From positions 1-64,000 of IMG/VR virus record IMGVR_UViG_3300009126_000404: a stretch of 64,000 bases of DNA. The stretch is one strand, 5' to 3'. The DNA comes from a virus. Position 1 is the stretch's first letter. Each line of letters starts with the position of its first letter. Under the pieces are notes generated by a model. It saw only the letters and a program-made list of their open reading frames with translations, did not search any database and had not been told where the DNA came from. Made by a program: the position numbers and the translations under genes. This document shows positions 47,489 through 57,284 of this stretch, one piece after another.

Positions 47489-48199
47489 ATGAAAAAGATG
47501 TTTACGTTTGAAACTATGAAAATAGGAATATTTGGCGATAGTTTTGCAGAAGATGATTATGACGAATCGTCACATGGGTGGGCGTGGCATGTTAGCAAAA
47601 ACCTCCCTAAAGCACATATAGATAATTATGGAAAAGGTGCATCAAGTATATACTTTACTTATAGTAAGTTCCTAAAAGAGCATACCAAGTATGATCGAGT
47701 TATTGTTTTTGGTACTGACATCAGTAGGTTATATCTTCCAGACATGCCAACACACTGGCGGATAAACCATGTATGTGGCCCTGGCCACTTTGATGAAGGA
47801 AGTGAAAGCTGGCTAAGATGGCAAGAAACTGGTACCTTCAACATTACCAATGTCCCTGATGAAATTAGAGAAGCAATAACCTTATATTACAAACATATTA
47901 TAAACTATGATCAAGAGAACAAAATGCGAGAGTTAATGATTACTGACATGCAAAAGTTAAGACCAGATATGCTATATTTTGATTGCTTTTATGAAACAAC
48001 ACGATTTTCAAAACATCTACCAATTGTAGAGATTTCAACTCTTGAAATTCCCGAATCATTTGGACAAGGGCCTTTCATAGATAACCGAAAAAATCATATG
48101 AATGAAGAAAATAATAGAATTTTTGGAGAAAAAGTTACAAATTGGATAAACACATCTCAATTTGAAATGAATATAACTGAATTTACTAAAGGAGACTAA
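47489..48199 (+). CDS. SGNH/GDSL-like hydrolase or acyltransferase
   Basis: IFGDSFA, NYGKGASS, C-terminal DNRKNHM; start uncertain. Confidence 0.6.
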   Translation: MKKMFTFETMKIGIFGDSFAEDDYDESSHGWAWHVSKNLPKAHIDNYGKGASSIYFTYSKFLKEHTKYDRVIVFGTDISRLYLPDMPTHWRINHVCGPGHFDEGSESWLRWQETGTFNITNVPDEIREAITLYYKHIINYDQENKMRELMITDMQKLRPDMLYFDCFYETTRFSKHLPIVEISTLEIPESFGQGPFIDNRKNHMNEENNRIFGEKVTNWINTSQFEMNITEFTKGD

Positions 48200-48201
48200 T
48201 T

Positions 48202-48291
48202 ATGATACTTAAACATTTTATTATATTTTGGATAGTTATAATTACAATATGTATTGTGTTAGGAATATATAAAGAAGTTCTTATATTATGA
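48202..48291 (+). CDS. 29-aa single-TM microprotein
   Basis: Read by hand: AAGGAG RBS, MILKHFIIFWIVIITICIVLGIYKEVLIL, ATGA overlap with the next gene. Confidence 0.5.
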   Translation: MILKHFIIFWIVIITICIVLGIYKEVLIL

Positions 48292-49040
48292 GAATAAACA
48301 AAAAAATAACTAAAGATCTGACAAACTTTATACAAACGCGATATGGTATTAGTGTAGATGATTTTGAACATAAATTTCCAGAATTATTTAAAAGTTTTCT
48401 AAAATTACAATATTGGTTAGATGAAGTAGTATTGGAACGATATTTTAGCGACACACCTGCTAAAGATGGTGGCACTGATGGTACTTATTTTGATGGATGG
48501 AAACAAAAATTAAAATGGGATACTCGCAGAACAGGACAGCAATTACTAGATAAAATTAATGATATACAAGACCTAACTCCTGATGTTCCACTTAAAATAC
48601 TTGACGTTGGATGCGGTGAAAACGAATGGAAAAAGCATTTAGGTGCAAGAGTAATTGGAATAGATCCATATCACAGTAAAGCAGACTTTAAAATAGGAAT
48701 AGTAGAATATGCCGCAAATCGTACGGCATATCTCGACATAATACTAGCATTAGGCAGTATTAATTTTGGTGATAAAAAAGTAATAGAACAACAAATATCC
48801 AATATAGTAAAATTAGTAAAACCTGGTGGTAAAATCTTTTGGCGATGTAATCCAGGTATCACACATGATAATCCACATGCACAATGGATTGACTTTTTTC
48901 CATGGTCAGAAGAGTATATAAATGACGTAGCAAAACGTGTTAAATGTACTGTTAATGAAATTGGTTGGGATCACCCAGAAGACGATACCCCACCCGAATG
49001 GGGCAACAGACTATATAGCGAATGGACTAGAGATGAATGA
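48288..49040 (+). CDS. class I SAM-dependent methyltransferase
   Basis: ILDVGCG, IGIDPY, ILALGSINF, LVKPGG. Confidence 0.8.
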   Translation: MRINKKITKDLTNFIQTRYGISVDDFEHKFPELFKSFLKLQYWLDEVVLERYFSDTPAKDGGTDGTYFDGWKQKLKWDTRRTGQQLLDKINDIQDLTPDVPLKILDVGCGENEWKKHLGARVIGIDPYHSKADFKIGIVEYAANRTAYLDIILALGSINFGDKKVIEQQISNIVKLVKPGGKIFWRCNPGITHDNPHAQWIDFFPWSEEYINDVAKRVKCTVNEIGWDHPEDDTPPEWGNRLYSEWTRDE

Positions 49041-49846
49041 GCAGAATAGATTATGAATTATTCAGCGAAGAAGATTTTAATGCATGTTTGAGCTCTATTC
49101 GAGAAAAATACAGTTGCACTTTTAATTTTATTCCAAACGTAAGTATTTCAGAAGTACACAATAAATTTCCAGATGCTAGTAGGTCAGGCTCAGCATTTAA
49201 TACTGGTGTACCTGGTGGTTTTTATAAACTTATTAACAACTTAATTGACAGAATAATAGACAACGAAAATACATATTTGCAAATAAGTTATCCTCCTATT
49301 GATTTTAAAAAGCAAGATGCACTTAGAAATATATTAGATTTGTATATTATGTACAATAGTTATAACAAAGAATCATTAATGCCAATTGTAATAACACGAA
49401 CAAATGAATGGACTCTTATACATCCAGGAAATACAAGAGTAGCAATGGCACAATATAAAAAGTTTAAAGATTGTACTGTTGATGTAGTTTTAATAGATCA
49501 CTCTACTACACCCGTTAAAGACAATATAAGTTTTAATAACTTTCCTTATGGTATTATGCTAACTGAATGGCTGAATGATGAACATAGAAAAATAGAATTA
49601 TTTGCACCAAAAGAATTACATGAAATATTTTCTTACGGATTACTCAACGAATATCAAATAAAATATATAAATGACACTTTATTTTTAAATGATATTAAAG
49701 TAGTAAAACTTCATCATGCAGATAAGCATGTTGAATTCTTTAGTGGAGTATATAAAGATCTTAGAACAGAAGGATGTATGCCTGAAGATATTCAGCGAAG
49801 AATAGAAAACTCGCTAAATATTGTTAATGCAAATAAAAAGACTTAG
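49037..49846 (+). CDS. hypothetical protein, possible ParB/Srx-like segment
   Basis: PIVI...LIHPGNTRVAM loosely resembles the ParB-N GxxR motif. Confidence 0.5.
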   Translation: MSRIDYELFSEEDFNACLSSIREKYSCTFNFIPNVSISEVHNKFPDASRSGSAFNTGVPGGFYKLINNLIDRIIDNENTYLQISYPPIDFKKQDALRNILDLYIMYNSYNKESLMPIVITRTNEWTLIHPGNTRVAMAQYKKFKDCTVDVVLIDHSTTPVKDNISFNNFPYGIMLTEWLNDEHRKIELFAPKELHEIFSYGLLNEYQIKYINDTLFLNDIKVVKLHHADKHVEFFSGVYKDLRTEGCMPEDIQRRIENSLNIVNANKKT

Positions 49847-50798
49847 TTTAGAAATATTCGGCGGATGTAATTTCTCCTGTAAAATGTGTCCACAAGGCAA
49901 AGATAACAACGGCCGACAACAAGATTTCTTAAAATTACTTCCATTTAAACTATTTGAAAAAATATTAGATGATGCCTCCCAATATGGAGTACAAGTAGTA
50001 AACATAGAAGGTAGCGGAGAAGCAACATTAAATAAACATATTGTAAAGTATATCGAAGCAGTTAAAAAAAGAGATATGCTACCTTTACTTTATACAAATG
50101 GGTTACTTGTAAAAGGTAAATTAATGCATGATATGTTTAATGCAGGATTATATATTTGTAGATTCAGTGATATTGGGTATGATGCAGAAACATATAAGAA
50201 CTGGATGCAAATAGATGCATTTAACACTATTATAAAACATGCAAACGAAGCACTTAATTATGTACAACAACAAAACATTGATGCAGTCATAAGCAGTTAT
50301 CATTTAATAATTGACAATGATCGTACTGAATGGGAAATAGAACAGTATAAAAAGAATTTTATTGAACCAGCAGGTACAGAAGCAGAAATATGGAAAATGC
50401 ATAATTGGGCAGGACAAATTGATAGTAATACCAGACAAGGTACAGTAAGTTCATGTGGTAGACCTTTTAGTCCAGACCTAACAATACGTGCAGGCGGATT
50501 AAATGGAAAAAATGGAGCAGTTGTTCCGTGCTGTCAAACAATGGGAGCACCAAAAGAAAGTAAAAGTGTATTAGGTCATTTGCAAGACAATACAATTGAA
50601 GAAATATTTAATGGTGAAGAATATAATAACCTTAGAGAAGCACATACAACTGGTAATTATGAACAAGTACCTTATTGTTTAGATTGTGACTTCTTAATAC
50701 ATGATCCGAATGTGTTAGTATATACAAATAATCCGGAACGTGTTAAAATAGGAAACATGAAGGCGACAGATATCAGCCTACGAGATCTAAGGTTTTAG
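49827..50798 (+). CDS. radical SAM protein with C-terminal SPASM/twitch-type domain
   Basis: CNFSCKMC, GSGEA, YTNG; C-terminal SCGRPF...VPCCQ...YCLDC. Confidence 0.9.
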   Translation: MQIKRLSLEIFGGCNFSCKMCPQGKDNNGRQQDFLKLLPFKLFEKILDDASQYGVQVVNIEGSGEATLNKHIVKYIEAVKKRDMLPLLYTNGLLVKGKLMHDMFNAGLYICRFSDIGYDAETYKNWMQIDAFNTIIKHANEALNYVQQQNIDAVISSYHLIIDNDRTEWEIEQYKKNFIEPAGTEAEIWKMHNWAGQIDSNTRQGTVSSCGRPFSPDLTIRAGGLNGKNGAVVPCCQTMGAPKESKSVLGHLQDNTIEEIFNGEEYNNLREAHTTGNYEQVPYCLDCDFLIHDPNVLVYTNNPERVKIGNMKATDISLRDLRF

Positions 50799-50896
50799 CG
50801 GTAAAATTAGTAAAACTAGAGTTTAATAAAAGCAGTAATAGTGGTAAATACATATAGTTTCCTATAGTTTGGAAACAAAACAGAAAAGGAAACTAT

Positions 50897-52192
50897 ATGT
50901 CCAAGAAAAAATTGAACAATGGTTTTGGTAAGAGTTTAAAGACATTCTTCAAAAAACCATTCGTGAAAACTGTTTCGCTTATTATAATAGCCGTTACGTT
51001 GAGTACGGTAATTAATTCTTATTATAGAACTATTCAAACAAGCATTCATAAGGGCATCGTATCATTATACGATACTTATCCAACATTCGCTGAAGGATTA
51101 TATGAAGTTAATGGATGGATACTTAATGGCAAAGAGTTTGATCAAGAACGTAAATCGAAAAAAGTAATATACGAAAACTTTTCTCGTGTTGTCGTTATGA
51201 GCGTTTTTGCTCCAGATAATCCAGAACTTAATGGAATGTCGGGTAGAGGAACAGGTTTTATAATAGATGTTGATGATGAATCTGCAACAATTGTTACAAA
51301 TTATCATGTTGTTGATGCATATTTAGAACAACCGGACATATTTACAATAGCAGTACAAACAGCCTCAGAAATGTGGTCATATGACGCAGAAATCATTGGT
51401 TATGACATGATAACTGATGTAGCTGTATTAAAAATCCAGAAAAAAGATAATGAAGAATGGGAACCTATAGAATGGGGCACAAATGAAGATTATTCCCAAG
51501 GCACACCTATTGTTGTTATAGGACATGGAATGAGTATGTCTTGGTCATCTACACAAGGTCACGTTGTATATAAAGATAGATATGGTATGCGTCCATACAA
51601 CTTAATGCTACAAATAGATGCAGTTGTTAACCAAGGTAATAGTGGTGGACCTGTATTTAATGATAATGGGCAATTTATTGGTCTTGTACAGAGTATATAC
51701 AGTCCAGGCAGGAAAATTCCTGGTTGGGATGGTGTAGGAATGGCAGTAAGTGTAGATCAAGTAAAAAGAAGTGTTGACTATATTCTTAGCCCACAATATG
51801 ATGCTAAAGGTTATGTACCGTATGTAGAATTTCCTTTTAGTCTTGGATCATTTAAATTTCCAGAAGTTAAAGACATAGAAAAAGAAGATAGGCGTTATGC
51901 TTATTTTGACTACCCAGAACCACCAGTAGCGGCGGCTGGACAACCACCAGTAGAAAAAGAAAAAACAGTAGGCGAATTAGCTGGTTTTGAACAAGGTGAT
52001 ATCTTATTAGAAATAAACGGTGAAACTATATATAATAGTTTTAAAGTATTACGTATGACAATTACGGCTTTTCCAGGAGATCTTTGGACAGTTAAAGTAA
52101 GGCGTGGTGAAGAAGAAATAGAAATTGAAGTGGCTATGAGAGAAATTGACATAAAAACACTGACAGATATCATAAAAAGACAGGGCATTTAA
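50897..52192 (+). CDS. HtrA/DegS-like trypsin serine protease with N-terminal TM and one PDZ domain
   Basis: GTGF, TNYHVV, TDVAVL, NQGNSGGP triad; GFEQGDILLEING PDZ. Confidence 0.9.
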   Translation: MSKKKLNNGFGKSLKTFFKKPFVKTVSLIIIAVTLSTVINSYYRTIQTSIHKGIVSLYDTYPTFAEGLYEVNGWILNGKEFDQERKSKKVIYENFSRVVVMSVFAPDNPELNGMSGRGTGFIIDVDDESATIVTNYHVVDAYLEQPDIFTIAVQTASEMWSYDAEIIGYDMITDVAVLKIQKKDNEEWEPIEWGTNEDYSQGTPIVVIGHGMSMSWSSTQGHVVYKDRYGMRPYNLMLQIDAVVNQGNSGGPVFNDNGQFIGLVQSIYSPGRKIPGWDGVGMAVSVDQVKRSVDYILSPQYDAKGYVPYVEFPFSLGSFKFPEVKDIEKEDRRYAYFDYPEPPVAAAGQPPVEKEKTVGELAGFEQGDILLEINGETIYNSFKVLRMTITAFPGDLWTVKVRRGEEEIEIEVAMREIDIKTLTDIIKRQGI

Positions 52193-52217
52193 CGTAATAA
52201 TTCACAATTTTACCAGA

Positions 52218-52250
52218 AAAATACTAAAAAAATACTAAAAAAATACTAAA
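52218..52250. repeat. three perfect tandem 11-bp repeats AAAATACTAAA
   Basis: Copies at 52218-52228, 52229-52239 and 52240-52250 in intergenic DNA. Confidence 0.9.
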
Positions 52251-52275
52251 CCCTTGTAAAATAAGGGTTTTTTTA
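52248..52275 (+). terminator. probable intrinsic terminator
   Basis: AAACCCTT-GTAAAAT-AAGGGTTT followed by more T. Confidence 0.65.
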
Positions 52276-52297
52276 TGGCATTTTTAGCCTTAAAAGG

Positions 52298-52326
52298 TTG
52301 ACAAGTAAGACGTCTTACTGTATACT
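52298..52326 (+). promoter_or_regulatory. sigma70 promoter with a perfect 16-bp palindrome in the spacer
   Basis: TTGACA (52298-52303), AGTAAGACGTCTTACT (52304-52319), TATACT (52321-52326). Confidence 0.85.
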
Positions 52327-52357
52327 ATAGTTATAAAGTTAGAAAAAGGAATATTAT

Positions 52358-52531
52358 ATGTTTAGAGTAACACTAGCAATTATAAGTTTAATACTAGCAA
52401 GTGCATGTATTGACGGACCTACAGGATATGAGAGTAATAACTGGTTAGGTTGTTTCCTATTCGGAATTAGCGGAATAGGATTATTTATTTGGGTAGCATT
52501 AGATGGCACCCTTGCTAAAATTAACAATTAA
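52358..52531 (+). CDS. 57-aa two-TM membrane protein
   Basis: Read by hand: AAGGA RBS, MFRVTLAIISLILASAC...WVALDGTLAKINN. Confidence 0.6.
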   Translation: MFRVTLAIISLILASACIDGPTGYESNNWLGCFLFGISGIGLFIWVALDGTLAKINN

Positions 52532-52534
52532 ATG

Positions 52535-52563
52535 TTGACTAATACAAAAATTTGTATTACAAT
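52535..52563 (+). promoter_or_regulatory. sigma70 promoter with an inverted repeat in the spacer
   Basis: TTGACT (52535-52540), AATACAAA-AA-TTTGTATT (52541-52558), TACAAT (52558-52563). Confidence 0.75.
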
Positions 52564-52631
52564 AGAAAGTAGCAGAAATGCCAAAGAAACAAAAGAAATC
52601 AATTTTACCATTAGAAGAAGGAAGTAAAAAT

Positions 52632-53756
52632 ATGAAAACTGCGATAAGTGATTCAAGAACAATTAAAATAAGCGAAGCGACCACTTTAATTACTAGGGCT
52701 TTTCAAAAGAAAAGACCTGTATTTTTATGGGGTCCTCCAGGAATTGGTAAATCAGAGTTAGTTAAAGAAATTGGCGACTCTGGTGTACTTGGTAAAACTC
52801 ATGTTATTGACATGCGTCTTGCTTTATTCGAACCTACTGATTTAAGAGGTTACCCTGTACCAGATATGGATTCAGGTGTTATGAAATGGTTACCACCAGC
52901 TGATCTACCAGATGCGAAGATGGCTAAAAAATACGATACAATAATTGTATTTTTAGATGAAATGAATTCAGCGGCACCAAGTGTACAAGCCGCAGGTTAC
53001 CAGTTAATCCTTAACAGACGTATTGGACAGTATGAACTTCCAGATAACGTTGTTATGATTGCCGCAGGTAATAGAGAAACAGATAAAGGTGTTACTTACA
53101 GAATGCCTAAACCACTTGAGAATAGATTTGTTCATTTTGAACTTAGAGTTGATTTTAACGATTGGTTAAATTGGGCTGTACTACATGAAGTTAATCCTGA
53201 TGTAGTTGGTTACTTGTCATTTGCAAAAGGTGACTTATACAATTTTGATCCTCAATCAAGTTCAAGAGGATTTGCAACACCGAGAGCTTGGACATTTACT
53301 TCAGAATTACTTGAAGGTGATGAACCAATGTCAGATTCTTTACAAACTGATATGGTAGCAGGTTGTGTTGGTGAAGGTATTGCCGTTAAGTTTATGGCAC
53401 ATAGAAAAATTGCAGGAGACCTTCCTGTTCCAGAAGATGTGTTAGATGCCAAAGTTAAAAAAATTGATACTACTGAGGTATCAGCCATGTATGCATTAGC
53501 AACATCACTATGTTATGAACTACGTGATAGATTTATTGCTGGTGAAAAAGCAGGTGCTGATAGTAAGGCAATGGAAAAATACCATAAGAGTTTTTCAAAC
53601 TTTATCAGTTTTATGATGGATAATATGGAAACTGAAATGGTTGTTATGGCATCAAGAATTGCAATGCAACAGTACAAGTTAGTACCTAAGCAGAAGAAAA
53701 TAGAAAGATTTGAAGAATACTTTTCTAGATATGGAAGATTGGTGCTGGACGCATAA
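52632..53756 (+). CDS. MoxR-type AAA+ ATPase
   Basis: LWGPPGIGKS Walker A, VFLDEM Walker B, AAGNR, LENRF; ATG 52632 preferred. Confidence 0.9.
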   Translation: MKTAISDSRTIKISEATTLITRAFQKKRPVFLWGPPGIGKSELVKEIGDSGVLGKTHVIDMRLALFEPTDLRGYPVPDMDSGVMKWLPPADLPDAKMAKKYDTIIVFLDEMNSAAPSVQAAGYQLILNRRIGQYELPDNVVMIAAGNRETDKGVTYRMPKPLENRFVHFELRVDFNDWLNWAVLHEVNPDVVGYLSFAKGDLYNFDPQSSSRGFATPRAWTFTSELLEGDEPMSDSLQTDMVAGCVGEGIAVKFMAHRKIAGDLPVPEDVLDAKVKKIDTTEVSAMYALATSLCYELRDRFIAGEKAGADSKAMEKYHKSFSNFISFMMDNMETEMVVMASRIAMQQYKLVPKQKKIERFEEYFSRYGRLVLDA

Positions 53757-54940
53757 TGAATACTAATATTAAAACTGCCGAAGAAAGAATTACACAGTCC
53801 AGAGTTAGGTTGTTATTAACTAAACCTTTCTTTGGACAACTGGCTGTAAGATTAAAACTTGAAGATGCAAGTTCATTTTTACCGACAGCGGCAACAGACG
53901 GTCGTAGATTTATGTTTAATAGAGATTTTATTAATTCTCTAAATGATGAAATGCTTGATTTCCTAGTAGGACACGAAGTGTTGCATTGTGTATTTGATCA
54001 TATGCAGGCACGTGGAGATCGTAAACCAATGCTTTATAATGCGGCGTGTGATTATAATATTAATATGACGCTTGTAGAACAAAATATTGGTAAGCCTATT
54101 ACAGAAGATAAACTGCAAGGTGGTAAAATATGTATGGACTGGAAATATAAAGGCTGGAACAGTTATGAGATTTATGATGATTTATTAAAAGATCAAGAAG
54201 ATCAAAAAGGCATGGATGTTCATATGGATGAATTAAGCGATGAACAAAAAGAGCAGGCTGGACAAGGTGCTGGTGATGAAATGTCTGAAGAAGAAAAGAA
54301 AGCATTAGCAGACGAAATTAAACAAGCCACAATCCAAGCGGCACAGGCCGCAGGCGAAGGAGTACCAGAATCAGTTAAGAGAATGATTAGTGAACTAATT
54401 GCACCTAAAATGGACTGGAGAGATATACTTAGAACTCAGTTAGAAAGTTCACTTAAAAACGATTTTACTTTTATGCGTCCTAGCAAACGTTCAGGAGAAG
54501 TTCTTTTTCCAGGTATGAATAAAGATGAAGAATTAAATATTGCCGTAGGTCTTGATACCTCAGGTAGTATTAGTAAAGATATGCTACGTGATTTCCTTAG
54601 CGAAGTACAAGGCATTATGGATCAATACAATAGTTATAAGGTTCATATATTTCAATTTGATACTGATGTATATGGTGCAGAAAATTTTACTAGTGATGAT
54701 GGGCGTTCAATGGCAGACTATCAACTTACAGGTGGCGGCGGAACTGATTTTGATGTAGTATTTAAGTATATGGAAGAACATAACATTGACCCAGATCAAT
54801 TAGTAATGTTCACAGATGGCTATCCTTGGGGTAGTTGGGGTAATGCAGAATACTGTGATACACTTTTTGTAATACACGGAGATACAAAAAGAAAAATTAA
54901 ATCTCCATTTGGAGTTACAGTACATTATGAAGCGTCTTAA
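53756..54940 (+). CDS. metallopeptidase-like (HExxH) plus VWA domain protein (DUF2201-type)
   Basis: TAATDG, HEVLH, DTSGS MIDAS, GGGTDF, FTDGY. Confidence 0.85.
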   Translation: MNTNIKTAEERITQSRVRLLLTKPFFGQLAVRLKLEDASSFLPTAATDGRRFMFNRDFINSLNDEMLDFLVGHEVLHCVFDHMQARGDRKPMLYNAACDYNINMTLVEQNIGKPITEDKLQGGKICMDWKYKGWNSYEIYDDLLKDQEDQKGMDVHMDELSDEQKEQAGQGAGDEMSEEEKKALADEIKQATIQAAQAAGEGVPESVKRMISELIAPKMDWRDILRTQLESSLKNDFTFMRPSKRSGEVLFPGMNKDEELNIAVGLDTSGSISKDMLRDFLSEVQGIMDQYNSYKVHIFQFDTDVYGAENFTSDDGRSMADYQLTGGGGTDFDVVFKYMEEHNIDPDQLVMFTDGYPWGSWGNAEYCDTLFVIHGDTKRKIKSPFGVTVHYEAS

Positions 54941-56147
54941 ACTATTAATTACATTACTTGCATTTACATTTACAACAAGTGTTAATGCTGGTAGTTTAGA
55001 ACCAAATCACTTAAAGCAAATTAAAATAGTAGACAACTGGTCGCCGGTAATTAACTTTGATGCTTTTAAAAAGATATCAAAAGAAATATCATACGACAAA
55101 GCAAACTACTATGCTATGGAATTTGATTTAGAGCAATGTATTACTCGTATTAAAACTGTAACACCATTTCCTAAAAACGATAAAACACACGAAGGTTGGT
55201 TTAAGTGTCAAGCATATATCAATAGTATAACAAAAGATAATATTAATCCATTAAAAGAAATATTACTTTCTTGGGCTACTAATCCAAAAGATGTAATGAC
55301 TCCAAAGATGTTACGGTCAAACGATTATAATGTATCAGGATATGATATTCCTAGTACATTGGGTACGTTTGGACAATTGTATGCAGTTTGGTACAATGAT
55401 TTTAATTATACTGCATCAGAACGTAAACTAGTTGATGCATATTTGTTAAGAAAACTAACAGAACAAACATTTCCAGTTATTGATGGAGGTTCAAAATCGT
55501 GTAGTATTTACGACCCATTGCAGGCAATGAGAAAAAACGTAGACACAAATACTTGTGGTAATATACGTACTAAAGTTGCATTGGCTGAAATCATGCTTGG
55601 GTTTAGATTTGAAAATCAAGCATTACTTGATAAAGGACATGACGATATTTACATAGTATTAAGCCAAGTTAATAAAGATGGAGTATGGGTAAACCAAGCG
55701 GCAAGAGGAGCAAATAATTTTAATTACTATATAGAATATTTAAACCATCTTAGTATTCTTACAGAAATTTACTATGCTCAAGGGTATGACTTTCTTGAAT
55801 TTACATTACCACACGGAGCAAAAGTACATCAAATATACAGCCATGGATATAAACTCTTAAAAGATCATACATATTTGGGTAAATGGGCCAGAGTAAACAA
55901 AGGTGCACTTTCTAATCCATATCGTAAGGTTAAGAATATGGATAGAGAAGATTGGATTAAAACATGCTATGCTGATTGTGGTTATAACAATCCTAATGAT
56001 GATGCAGAGTGGATTGCTTCACATACTCGTTATGTAAGTATATATCAGCCAGAACTTACTATTAAATTAGGGTATGTTAAGGGACAACTCACATCATCTT
56101 CAAACATATCAGTATCACCTGATAGACTTTATTGGGGGAACATTTGA
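54927..56147 (+). CDS. exported alpha-helical protein, possibly alginate/polysaccharide-lyase-like
   Basis: Signal peptide; aromatic-rich helical body; AARGANNFNYY loosely resembles (alpha/alpha)n lyases. Confidence 0.5.
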   Translation: MKRLKLLITLLAFTFTTSVNAGSLEPNHLKQIKIVDNWSPVINFDAFKKISKEISYDKANYYAMEFDLEQCITRIKTVTPFPKNDKTHEGWFKCQAYINSITKDNINPLKEILLSWATNPKDVMTPKMLRSNDYNVSGYDIPSTLGTFGQLYAVWYNDFNYTASERKLVDAYLLRKLTEQTFPVIDGGSKSCSIYDPLQAMRKNVDTNTCGNIRTKVALAEIMLGFRFENQALLDKGHDDIYIVLSQVNKDGVWVNQAARGANNFNYYIEYLNHLSILTEIYYAQGYDFLEFTLPHGAKVHQIYSHGYKLLKDHTYLGKWARVNKGALSNPYRKVKNMDREDWIKTCYADCGYNNPNDDAEWIASHTRYVSIYQPELTIKLGYVKGQLTSSSNISVSPDRLYWGNI

Positions 56148-56176
56148 TAAAGAATTCATTAAAGGAGTATAGTAAC

Positions 56177-56533
56177 ATGGAAGACGGAGTTTTATACAAT
56201 TTAGGGTTAACACCTAAATTACAAGAAGAGGAGAAAGTGGATTTCTCCCTTTACAATCCAAATCAAAGGACCAATATAAGATTATATGGATTGAAATGTA
56301 AAGATTGGACTCCCTTAATGGTTATGGAATATAAGAAAAAATGGGCGCCAAAAAGCACACCAGTTGTAGTTAAATTTAATCATAATTACGAAGGTGCTCT
56401 TAAATGGTGTAGAAAGCATCTTTATCATCATACTTTTAATGCAGTAAAGTGGGCTAATCCAGATGATAGCCACACTTTTCATTTTGAAAATCCAGAAGAT
56501 GCAATGATTTTTAGGCTATCTTTTAAAGGTTAA
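56177..56533 (+). CDS. hypothetical protein (xAMxFxL family)
   Basis: AAGGAG RBS before ATG 56177; ends FHFENPEDAMIFRL. Confidence 0.65.
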   Translation: MEDGVLYNLGLTPKLQEEEKVDFSLYNPNQRTNIRLYGLKCKDWTPLMVMEYKKKWAPKSTPVVVKFNHNYEGALKWCRKHLYHHTFNAVKWANPDDSHTFHFENPEDAMIFRLSFKG

Positions 56534-56536
56534 TGG

Positions 56537-56565
56537 TTGACACGACTGTTAATTTATTATATAAT
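56537..56565 (+). promoter_or_regulatory. perfect-consensus sigma70 promoter
   Basis: TTGACA (56537-56542), 17 bp, TATAAT (56560-56565). Confidence 0.8.
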
Positions 56566-56575
56566 ATAACATATT

Positions 56576-56923
56576 ATGGGAATGGTTAAAAAAGTGAAAA
56601 AAGAACAAACTAATAAAATAAAATTAGTTAGCAATGGCGGAAGCCTAAGTGAAACAGACTTGCAATTAATTGCAGGTACAGAATTAGTTGAAGCAATGAT
56701 GAGAAATAGAGTTGTTGTTGTAACTAATAACAATGATGTAGCCTGGAACGATCTGATGACAGATATAAAGGGGTTATACCATATTAGACCATTGGATAAG
56801 TCTAAGCAGATATATCAGCTATGGTTTGAACTAAAGGATGATATAGATCAATTTAATAAAAACCTTTATGTCAGCAAATTAAGTAATACAGCTCACGAAC
56901 CAACCCAAAAAACCGTCATTTAA
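56576..56923 (+). CDS. hypothetical protein
   Basis: 115-aa ORF after the promoter. Confidence 0.65.
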   Translation: MGMVKKVKKEQTNKIKLVSNGGSLSETDLQLIAGTELVEAMMRNRVVVVTNNNDVAWNDLMTDIKGLYHIRPLDKSKQIYQLWFELKDDIDQFNKNLYVSKLSNTAHEPTQKTVI

Positions 56924-56999
56924 ACCGGTATAAATAAACATAGTACTTAATTAGCATAAATAAACATGTAGTTTATATAATCTACCAAAGGAGATAAAC

Positions 57000-57281
57000 A
57001 TGGCAGAAAATACAAAAGTTAAAGAAGTTGTAGTAGAAGCACCAAAGAAACCAAATGTTGTAGAATTATCAATCCAAGATATTGTTCTTTCAGCAAATAT
57101 TATTGATCTTGCTACACAACGTGGCGCCTTTAAAGCGGCAGAAGCAGGTCAAGTAGGTGCGTGTTTTGAGAAGTTAGTAGCTTTTATCAAAGCAAATTCA
57201 CCACAACCACAACCTGAAGATAAAAAAGCAGATAAGAAAGATGCTAAATCTTCTAAGGAAAAAGAATCCTCTAAGGAGTAA
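57000..57281 (+). CDS. conserved phage hypothetical protein
   Basis: IDLATQRGAFKAAE...VG; AAGGAG RBS; TATAAATA upstream. Confidence 0.7.
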   Translation: MAENTKVKEVVVEAPKKPNVVELSIQDIVLSANIIDLATQRGAFKAAEAGQVGACFEKLVAFIKANSPQPQPEDKKADKKDAKSSKEKESSKE

Positions 57282-57284
57282 ATT

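Noticed and set aside
49037-49846. Firm ParB/Srx assignment
   Set aside because: Only a loose HPGNTR resemblance; kept as hypothetical.
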